Assembly: GCA_012295275.1 (NCBI GenBank)
Contig: CM022678.1
Coordinates: 19,964,001 to 20,028,000 of the forward strand
Reading direction: 5' to 3'
From: Chrysomallon squamiferum
Lineage: Eukaryota > Animalia > Mollusca
Length of the DNA: 64,000 nucleotides
A model generated the notes under the pieces. The model saw only the letters and a list, made by a program, of their open reading frames with translations. It was not told the origin of the DNA and made no database searches. Positions 53,293-64,000 of the stretch are shown here, piece after piece (within the stretch, counting starts at the first letter, position 1; the number at the start of each line of letters is the position of its first letter). The position numbers and the translations under genes were made by a program.

Positions 53293-53850
53293 CTGTTAAA
53301 TCAAGTGTCATTATTAATACTTCACTTGTTAACAAACTTCCTACCTGTTCAGTAAACAACAGCTGACTCTTGTTTCGTTATCAAGAAGCGAGTCTTAATA
53401 TGAAATACAAGAATTATACTGGGATTCAAATATCTCTCTGTCAAAATGTTATCTAATGTTTGGTGTTTGCTTTCCAAATTGGCCAACTGTATTGAAATAT
53501 AAAAGTACCGAGTGTTATCAAAGGTTTTGTATGTTTTGTTTCAAAACTGCATAACAGCATGTTGTAAGGGAAAAACAAAGATAAACTGTAGCTGTCAAAT
53601 GTTATCGGTATTTTTCTATATTTTATTCCAAAGTTTTGCAGCTACAGAAAGTGTTAAAGATGCTAGAATATAGCTGTTCACTGTTGTTCATTTTATGTTT
53701 CGTTTCAAAACTTCTTGGCTATACAAAATATGAAGAATGTTTGTTGTTAAAGTGTTTCATTTTGAAACCAGATAACTTTATTTATTATTAATGATATTTT
53801 ATTTTTGAAAAACACACACACACACACAAAACACACAGACATATAAATGC

Positions 53851-53887
<37 letters not shown>

Positions 53888-54529
53888 AGTACATAAAACA
53901 TAAGAAACCAATACCTACCTAATTTAGATTTTGTCTTTTAAATACCAGGTCACTATAAGCAAGTACTAACATTATTAAAAATACATTATCAAAAATAATA
54001 TGAAATTTTGTTCTTTCAAAACATGACTAATTATTTAACATGACAACATTTTTGAATATATTGCATTTCTTTTTAAAACCGTACAATTGAAAAACAAAAC
54101 AACAACGATGAAACTAATTCTGGAATGTTAACAAATATAATAATTTCCCAAGTGTATCTAATTTGAAAACAATCTGTAAAATAATACTAGCATGACATGG
54201 CAAAATAAAGCAAGCAATGTCTTCAAATGTTCAAAAATATTTGCACAACTGAAAACTGTTAACATACATAACTAACCTGATTCTGTTACCCACTTAAGTT
54301 AATTGAATTTAGTCTGTAGATCTAACTCTGTGACTGGAAGAACATGTTAACTCAGTTCTTCAAGACTACAAGACATGAATATTATGCAAGTGACATTTTC
54401 ACATGACATGCCTTTACTGCTTATTTCAGAACTGGATAACTTCATGAAATATGAGAAATGCTAGACTAAAGTTCTCAAATATTGCCAAATGCCAGGCTGT
54501 TTCAAAACTTCCTAACTGCTTTTTATATG

Positions 54530-54561
<32 letters not shown>

Positions 54562-54721
54562 TGTGTGTTTTGGTTCAAAAGTGAAAAATTCCATCCATAG
54601 TGAAGAATAAAAAAATGACATTAGTCTAATACTAACAAATTTGAATTTCAGAATTTTGTAACCGTTTTAATAAGAAAATAACCAGAAAATGATTATAGGC
54701 TAATATCAAGTTGTTTTATTT

Positions 54722-54749
54722 CACAACTTACAAATGTATGCAAAATAAT

Positions 54750-54805
<56 letters not shown>
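54722..54805. repeat. (AAT)n/(ATT)n microsatellite, representative (others at ~9621, 12958, 15149, 15415, 27275, 32591, 44050)
   Basis: Directly visible trinucleotide runs; source of the poly-I and poly-L ORFs. Confidence 0.97.
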
Positions 54806-54808
<3 letters not shown>

Positions 54809-54939
54809 TACAACTAAAATAAATATATATGGTACAAAATTTACTGAAGTTATGAGAAGTTTTATAAAATTTGGGTATTTCTATTTCAAAACTTGAAATG
54901 CAGGTACAATGCAGAAAAAATTAATTTATCTAAAACTTC

Positions 54940-56045
54940 GTATTATATTTTAAAAGCAGAATAGTTTATGCATTGTGAAGTGTATTGAAATAAAGTTATC
55001 AAAACCAGATTACTGTATGATATGAAACATCCTAAAACACATTTGTCAGGATTATCAACATTTATATGCTTTATTTCAAAACTACATAAATATATATAAT
55101 ACAGATGATTCTAAAATAAAGTTTATGAGTATCTTAAAAATTTATATATTTTATTTTTGAAACTCGATAGCTATATGTGATATGAAACATATTAAATTAA
55201 GTTATCAGTATTTTATAGGCTTTATTTAAAAACAGGATAACTACATTCAGTATGAAATGTTCTGAAATATTTTTATCAACTATGAAAATTTATGATTTAA
55301 AAAATAAATATATATATATATGTGATGTGCATGATACTGAAATAAAGTTATCAGAGGCGATGAAATGTTTATATACTTTATTTTAAAACAACTGTGTCTG
55401 ATAAGAAATGATATTGAAATAAACTTAACAGTATTATAAACATTTATATATTTTACTTTAGATAACTACATGTAACATGAAACATGCTAAAATATATTTA
55501 TCAAAGGCGATGAAAATGTATATACTTTAGTTTAAAATTAGATGGCTCCATGTGATATGGTTGATATTAAAATAAAGTTATGCATGTTATAAAATCTATT
55601 AACATTTATATACTGACCACATGCAATATAAAACAAACTAAAATCAAATTATCAGTATTATAAACATTTATATATTTTAATTAAAAACTAGATAATGACA
55701 TGCAATATCGAACTAACTAAAATAGTTACCATGTTGTACACATTTATACAGTTTAATTTAGAACAAGATATCTACATGCAATATCAAACATACTAAAATA
55801 AAGTTACCATTTTAGAAAAATTGATGTATTTTAATTAAAAACCAGACAACTACATGCAATATCAAACTTAATAAAATAAAATTATTAGTATTATAAACAT
55901 TTTATATTTTTTTTTCAAAACTAGTTAACTACATGCAACATGAAAAATACTGAAATAAATTTTTCAGTATTTTACACATTTATATATTTGAATTCAAAAC
56001 TAGAAATGCAATATCAAACATACTAAAATAAAGATATCAGACATA
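54940..56045. repeat. Old degenerate ~78-bp tandem array
   Basis: Recurrent aaaactagataactacatgcaatatgaaacatactaaaataaagttatcagtattataaacatttatatatttt; more decayed copies extend leftward. Confidence 0.75.
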
Positions 56046-56564
56046 GGTTTGTTTTTAAAACATACACAGTGGTTTTTTTTATTAGCTTTATTGAAATTCC
56101 TCTCTCTCTCTCTGATGGAAATTGCTCTCTACAGCTTCCTCCCCACATCCACAAATCTATCATTTGAACCAAGCCAGAGCAGCATCTCAACATCGTCATT
56201 AACCATCTGCCAACGTTCGCCAGCACAGAGAACATTTACCCGGGAGACCGTTAATTTAAATGTATTCACTGTGCTGTGTTTTACTCTGTGTGTGTGACAT
56301 AACAGCACAGACAGACAGCTTGGAGTGGAATCCAGTTCTCTAGTTAGAGATGTGTAATCAAATGTTTCAGCCCTTTAGAGGAACAGTCCTCTTCAGTGAC
56401 TTTGTTCACTTGTTTCACGATTGAAGCAGTTTTTCAGTAGTTAATTGATGACACATAAGTTTGATGAGGTCCTTCATTGTTTTTGGTTGTGGTTTTTTTC
56501 CACGAAGTTAACTTAAAACAAATAGGCTAACATTGATACTATTCTGACATATGTATCTGTGATT

Positions 56565-57035
56565 TAGTATAATCAGATGATTAAATTAAAATACCAGATG
56601 GTTCAAGCATATATCTCATGAGAATGTAGAATACTTCTGATGTTTTGTTTAGTAAAATGATTACAAAATATACCATACTTTTTAAGCATATATATATATA
56701 TATCAGACGATTAAAACATATCAGGCAGATGATTAAGAATATATCAGATTATTAAATAATTTATCAAATGATTAAAACATAAATCAGATGATTAAAAAAT
56801 CTCTCTCGTACTATATCAGATAATTAAATAATTTATCAAATGAATTAAGCATATATCAACTGATGAAAGCATATATCACATGATAAAGCATATATATATA
56901 TATATATATCAGATGATTTAAGCATGCATGTGAAATGATTAAAACATAAATATAAGATGATTAAAACAGATATGAAATTGTTAGAACATGAAATTACATA
57001 AGCATAAATAGAATGATTTAACTTCATATCAGATG
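56565..57035. repeat. ~20-24-bp degenerate minisatellite
   Basis: Recurrent atcagatgattaaaacatat. Confidence 0.7.
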
Positions 57036-57289
57036 ATACATACAGTAACTGTGATTTATATATAAATATATATAGTAACTGTGATATATTTTACTCTGTC
57101 ATACTGAAAACTGTATTTTATTTCTCTTAGCTTATCCCGTCTGACATCTCAAGTGTTTTCTGCCTGCCTGTAAAACATCATCAAAATTCCTACACACTCA
57201 GCCTGCATGTGTCTCTCATTCTTTATTTGTCACATGTGTTTGTATTAGGCAAGGGAAACACTGCGGTATCAGGTACTGAATAAAACCAT

Positions 57290-58080
57290 GTCACAGTTAG
57301 GCTAGGGAAAAAACAGAGGTGTTAGATATAGGCGGTTTAACAGATGTTAAATAAACTGTCTCACATATAGGCTAGGATTAAAAACAAAGATGTTAGATAT
57401 GGGTGGTTTTAACAGATGTTAAATAAACTGTCTCACATATAGGCTAGGATTAAACAAAGATATTAGATATGGGTGGTTTTAACAGATATTAAATAAACTG
57501 TCTCACATATAGGCTAGGATTAAACAAAGATGTTAGATGTGGCTGGTTTAACAGATGTTAAATAAACTGTCTCACATATAGGCTAGGATTAAACAAAGAT
57601 GTTAGATGTGGCTGGTTTAACAGATATTAAATAAATAAAATATCTCACATTTAGGCTAGGAAAAAACAAAGATATTAGATATGGGTGGTTTTAACAGATA
57701 TTTAAATAAAATATCTCACATTTAGGCTAGGAAGAAAACAAAGATGTGAGATATAGGTGGTTTAACAGATATTAAATAAATAAAATATCTCACATTTAGG
57801 CTAGGAAGAAAACAAAGATGTGAGATATAGGTGGTTTAACAGATATTAAATAAATAAAATATCTCACATTTAGGCTAGGAAGAAAACAAAGATGTTAGAT
57901 ATAGGTGGTTTAACAGATATTAAATAAACTGTCTCACATATAGGCTGTGGAAAATATTAGATGTTAAAATATAAAATATTTCACAATTAGGCTTGAAGAA
58001 CACAGGTGAAATATAGGTAAAGGTGACAGGTAGTAAATAAAATATCTCACAGTTAAAACTAGGGAAACACAGATGTGAGA
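57290..58080. repeat. ~70-bp minisatellite (about 10 copies)
   Basis: taggctaggattaaacaaagatgttagatatgggtggtttaacagatgttaaataaactgtctcacata-like unit. Confidence 0.93.
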
Positions 58081-59437
58081 ATGACTGGGGTAAGAGGTAT
58101 CTCAGTAAAATACTTTACAGTTAGATTAGTGAAACACTTAGGTAAAATATGGGAAATCTCAGTTATTTGAGTGAAACAGGTGAGATTTGGGTGGGGGGTT
58201 CTTTTCACACAATGTGTAATTAAACTACCTCTGTAATTTGTTGTGACAGTGTGCACCATTAAAACTTTGATTTACTGATGTTTTAAACTTGTATCTCTCT
58301 TTAACATTCTTCTAGTCATAACCTAGAAACATCTGTAATATTTTAAACATTCTTAAAACACACACACACACATATGTTTCACACATTGTCACACACACAC
58401 ACACACACACACACATGCACACACACACACAGACACACATGCACACACACACACACATGCACACACACACACACAGACACACATACACAAAATTATTTAC
58501 TCACAATTTTATTTTTATCTTTTTGTTTACAAAATAATATAAAATTCCATGATATTTTATAAATTTAATTTGAAGAGAACAGAAGAATAAAAAAATAATA
58601 ATAATAAAAAAAGTTTGAAATGTAGATTTATGCTGTTTTGTTTAAAGTAAAAGTTTTTTTTTAGTAAACACATTAAAAATAGAAAGAAAGAAAAAAAAAA
58701 ATGAAACTAGCAACAACCCAAAATAGGACAAACAAATCAAAAAATGATTTGTATTTTCTAATAGTTATTTAATGAACAGTTAAAAAAAAAAAAAAACCAG
58801 GAAAGAAATTAAAAAAAAAAAAAAAAAATCCTGACAAGATATAAACAAATATTATCCAGCTAGTCTTTTCATTACTGTCTACACCTCCAAAGCACAAAAT
58901 AATAATGTTTCTCAAAACAAAAGAAAACAGACTTGAAGCATTTTGCAGCCAAACTCTTTGTATGTATGTGTGTCTGTCTGTCTGTATGTGTATGTATTCA
59001 CATTTGTTGTTTTTCGGTGTTAAAATAACTGTAGCTGTGTTTGCCTAACATCCCGGTCACTGACTTTTGCATTCATCGGTCTTGTAAGTAAATCATTCTG
59101 TGTGTTTCATGTCGCCCTGCATGCACTGTACATGTACACTCAGATTATACGTAACATTCTCAGCTATGTAATTTAGCTGTGCAATTCCCTCCAGGCAGAA
59201 AGACAAATCATCTTCTTTACGTCTGAAGATTTTTTTCTTCTTCTTCTTCTTCTTTCTTACTGCATCCCTCTTTGAGGTCAGGGGTCTGAACAGTTAATGA
59301 TAGTAATAATGATAAAGAAACAACAGCAACAACTACTTCAGCTACTATTACTACCACTTCTACTACTGCTGCTGCTGCTGCTGCTGCTACTAACAATAGT
59401 GATAATGATAATTGTCATCATAATTGTCATCATAATT

Positions 59438-59470
<33 letters not shown>

Positions 59471-61389
59471 AATGATAATAAACAAATTGTGATTAAGGTT
59501 CTTTCATTCTATAACAGCAGGTCTGGAAATCAGAGACATGAACTTTAAAGAAAAGTGGACATTTTCTCTGAGAGTATGGCAAAGATGGCTAATTTCCACT
59601 TTCTACAATCTTTTCATTCATTATGGCTTTTGAATCAAAATTCTTTACAGTCTTACTTAATGCATGGAAAGGAATTTTGGGAAAGAAATTTGAAAATGAA
59701 GACAGGGAGGGAGGCAAAGGGGTTATTGACCTCCTACCATGTTTGTGATCCACTCCCAAGTGATACAAAATAACCACACATTTAGTTCAGAGTTGTGCCT
59801 AAAATATTTTTATTTCTGGTCAGACTACAGAAATCATAACAGTTTCAAATCCTTCTTAAGTCCTCTTATATGTTGCTGGTGATGAATTAAAAAGACTAAA
59901 TTTATCAAACTTGTAAGTAAAACTGAAAAGCAAAGGCATCAGAAATTGCATTGTTAGGTCACCGTCCTAAAAGACAGACACATTTGACTGGGGCTGTTAT
60001 ATGTTTCTATTGTAATAAAAATTATCATCACAATGATTGCTTCCTGGATTGTAGGAAAACAAGTATGACATCTGTTTCAATGTAATATTATAATAAAAAT
60101 GTCTTCAACAAAACATAACAACACGCCGATACCTAGTTAGAACAAATTTAATGTAATTAAAGCTGATACCAGAACTAATGAGATGATGCAGTCCCAGTAG
60201 CTGCTGTGTTCACAAAACATGGCATGTGGTGACCGCGACAGCAGACGTCCTGGCGTGGTTCATGCAGTCTGTGACTGAGACAAATCTCTGGGGACGTCAC
60301 AGCACAATCAACTTTGGTTAGTTAGGAAATTAAGACTTGCTGATTTTCAGATCAGAGAGATGTTAGTTGTTCAGGAAATTAGAAATATTACAATTTTTAG
60401 ATGAAAAATTTTGGTGATTTTTAGGTTAAAGAATTTTGGTGATTTTCAGATAATATAAATACTTAAAATTTCCTCTTTTTTAATTTTTAATTTTATTTAT
60501 GAAGATATATATAATAATGACATCTGTGGAAATTAGAAATATTACAATATTCAGATGAATAAATTGGTGATTTTTAAGACAGTAAGTTTTAGATCATAGA
60601 AATATTAGTAATTTTCATATAATAGAAACACTTAAGATTTCTTTCTTTTCTTCTTCTTCTTCTTTTTTTTTTTTTTTTGATTAACATAAGAAATAGGGGC
60701 AATTCTAGATAAGATAAATATTTCTAATCTTCAAGGAAGAAAAAAAAAAAAAAAACAACTATAAATTGGAAATAGTTGTGACAAAAACATAAAACAGATA
60801 TTTGTTACATAAATAACCCAAAGTTATGATTATCACAGAAGCAATGCTGTTAGTTCTAGATATCAGATTTACTGGTGGTCATCAGACTGTCTTTGTGTTG
60901 GGAGACTAAAACTGTGTAATCTTCTGCTCTCTAACTCATTTGGGTGTTAGTATACGAAGCACATTGAGACTGACTGTAAATGGATTTGTCATGTAACCCA
61001 TTCATGTAGAAGACTTGTAAATTGGTTTCAAGGTGAAACGTTTCTGAACAAGTTCACAAATCTTCAACGGTTTTGATGAAGCAGTGTGAAGCATAATCTG
61101 AGATTGTTGACTAACAGTTTTATGTTTTGTAACTCAGATTATTTTGTAACCTTGGTTAATAGACTTAGTAGTGCAGTGAGGACACGCTTGCAAGCATGCA
61201 TGCACGCATGCATGCACACACACACACACACACATACGAAACTTAGGTTAAGTGATTAAGATGTATTTCTTAAATGTGATATTTAATGATGAAATCCTCA
61301 TACATGATCCTTTTTAGAATTATTATTATTTTTGTTGTTGTTGTTGTTATTATTATTGTTATTATTTTTATTACTTTTCTTTTACCCTG

Positions 61390-61650
61390 CTACAGCTATT
61401 GTTTACAGCTGCTAATACTACTACTACTGTTACTATTATTACTACTACTTATTTACAGCTGCTAATACTACTACTACTGTTACTACTACTACTACTTATT
61501 TACAGCTGCTGCTACTACTACTACTGTTACTATTATTACTACTACTTATTTACAGCTGCTAATACTACTACTACTGTTACTACTACTACTACTTATTTAC
61601 AGCTGCTGCTACTACTACTACTGTTACTATTATTACTACTACTTCAACTG
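61390..61650. repeat. Higher-order ~45-50-bp repeat built from (ACT)n
   Basis: tttacagctgctaatactactactactgttactactactacttat, about 5 copies. Confidence 0.85.
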
Positions 61651-63569
61651 CTAATAGCAAAACTCCTCACTTAATAATCTATTTAGGTGCTGCATACGTA
61701 GACATATTCTATTTGTATTTATAGTTTCTTCCTTTCTTCTTTCATTCCTTTCTCGAACCTTTTTCTTACTTTCACTGGTAAGGTGGAGTCATTCTGATGA
61801 ATATTCTTTCTTCTTTCTTTCACTGCAGGTAAATGTTATACATCTTATTTTTGTACTCGTTTCTCCCCTTCCAGTACTTCATTTCATTGGTGAGATGAAA
61901 TTTTTATTAGCATTCTGTTCTTTTTTTCTTTTTTTTTATAGGTAAGGTAAAGATATTTTTGTTAGTATTCTTTTTTTCTTTCTTTCATTGGCAATAAAGT
62001 ATTAGACATTCATCCTTCCTTTCTTTCTTTCATTGGCAATAAAGTATTAGACATTCTTCCTTCCTTCCTTTCTTTCATTGGCAGTAAAATATTACACATT
62101 CCTCCTTCTTTTCTTTCTTCCTTCCTTCCTTCCTTCAAGTGAAGAAATTTTGATGAGGTTTTGCTAAATCTCTGCACTGCTAGTAGATGTGTTATATACA
62201 AGATGTTATTCGAGACTGCTTGGAACAAATGCTTTGACAGCATGAGTTATGACTGAAAGGGTAAAAAGATTTAAAAAGAAAAAAAAAGAAAGAAATTCCT
62301 GCTTAAAATATTTATGCAGCATCAGTTTTTTTTATGCCTCTGACATTGGCACAGTGCCTTCATTGTGCACTTGTTAAAACCAGTGGCTGTGGTGGTTGTG
62401 GTTGTGTTTCAGATGAATGCAAGTCACTGGGGTTGAAGCGGTAGAGGTCATTTTGAATTTCAAATGTGTGCGCACTGGAATGTTGTTTAATGATAATCTA
62501 GACAGTCATGTGGGTTTAATGTTTAGGTGCGATAAAAAAACACAAAAAAACAACACGTTTGTTTAATAACTAGAACATTTAATATATTTAGATTTAATAT
62601 CTGGACTTCCAGTATTTTTATATTTAATATGTTTAAATTCGATATATGAACATTTAATATCTTTAACTTTAATACCAGAACATTAATATTTTTATATTTA
62701 ATCATATTGAATATCTGAGCATTTAATGTCTTTATCTTTAATTAAATTGTATTGTCTTATATATGAGGGCAGATGTTCCTACACTAGTAAAATTCAAAAG
62801 TAAAAAAATAATCTATTGTAATTACTTTTCATTAGTTTGAATCTAATTTGTGATACTGAGCAAATCTTATAAAAAAGATTCTACCATAAGCTGTTAAAAA
62901 AAGATGCAACAAAAAAAGAAAAGAAAGAGATACAAAAAATAAAAAATAAAGTGTTTCTTTCTCTCTTCTGATATTTTATTTATTTTATCAATTTATTATT
63001 ATTATTTTTTTTTTACTTTCTAATGACAGTACAGCTTTAGAACATTTTGTATATCTATCATCAACCAGTAATTTTTTTGTTTTGTTTTTTAATAGCTCTG
63101 TATAAACATAATAAATATGACTGAAGTTTTGTTTTAAAAAGAAATTAAATGCATTACACGCATCTATTAAGATTTTGTTTCAAAAATAACTGCAGAACAT
63201 ATCTATCCCTGCATGAAATTTGTTATTATTCTTATTTTCATTGCCAGTGGGTACAAAAATATTTTTCCTATCTCGCCTACCTAAGATTTTCTTCCAGACA
63301 CAACCCCAGAACCTTACAGATATCTCTCTCTAACTGTGATTCGCACTTTTTCAGAGTTACTCAGTGCACTAGGTAATAGATTTATCAATGCTCTATCTTA
63401 TCTGTGTATTTCTCTGGTACATGTACGATAACAGTTATATCTACTGTGTGTGTAAATATAGCTCCCAGATCAAGGGATTGAAATTCTCCGTATAACAGAT
63501 ACCACATCATTACTGAGGGCTGCGGTAGCTGTTGTTGCCACTGCAGATGTTTGTTTAGAGTTTAGCTGA

Positions 63570-64000
63570 GGACGTTTGCTGTTTGTTTATTATAAACTCT
63601 AATTATGTTGGTGTTGTCACATTAAAGCATTGATGTTTTGATTTAACTGATATTTATTTAAAGCATTGTTTTAATCCAGTGGACGTTTGCTGTTTGTTTT
63701 TTATAAATGAAATAACTAATTTATGTTGGTGTTGTCACATTAAAGCATTGTTTTTAATCCAGTGTAGATCATGAAATAACTGATATTTTTATTGTTTTTA
63801 GTGTGATTGTCACATGTTGTCACATTAAAGCATTGTTTTAATCCAGTGTAGATCATGAAATAACTGATATTTATGTTAGTGTTGTCACATTAAAGCATTG
63901 TTTTAATCCAGTGTAGATCATGAAATAACTGATATTTATGTTGGTGTTGTCACATTAAAGCATTGTTTTAATACAGTGTAGATCATGAAATAACTGATAT
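63570..64000. repeat. ~65-bp minisatellite running off the window end
   Basis: gttgtcacattaaagcattgttttaatccagtgtagatcatgaaataactgatatttatgttggt, about 5 copies. Confidence 0.9.

Larger units (their letters stand above)
22379..64000 (+). other. EXT1: EXT1 intron following the first coding exon (more than 41.6 kb, runs beyond the window)
   Basis: Begins gtaaga. The expected next exon (YDY..LHN.TFCLVPRGRRLGSFRFLE-like) was not found by eye and would be too short for the ORF track. Confidence 0.7.

Overview
AT-rich, microsatellite-dense eukaryotic (invertebrate, plausibly gastropod mollusc; the taxon is inference) genomic DNA with spliceosomal GT-AG genes. (1) A 9-coding-exon RBBP8/CtIP orthologue on the minus strand (8847 to 326, about 1079 aa net). 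Splice phases are consistent at every junction, but the large central exon has a reading-frame break at 4292-4465, where a conserved RQVTLSEAF motif sits in the -1 frame. (2) A small three-exon plus-strand gene missed by the ORF track (11455-12631, 121 aa, no recognised family), divergent from CtIP across a region with E2F and YY1 motifs. (3) The first coding exon of EXT1/tout-velu (21483-22378), with several upstream AUGs, followed by an intron of more than 41 kb that runs off the window; no exon 2 was seen by eye. The intron holds many minisatellites, local direct and inverted duplications, a degenerate SINE-like remnant and several CpG-retaining islands, one with a strong CTCF motif. Most other ORFs in the track are microsatellite artefacts. 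No prokaryotic features (CRISPR, operons) and no intact RNA genes or transposase/RT ORFs were seen.
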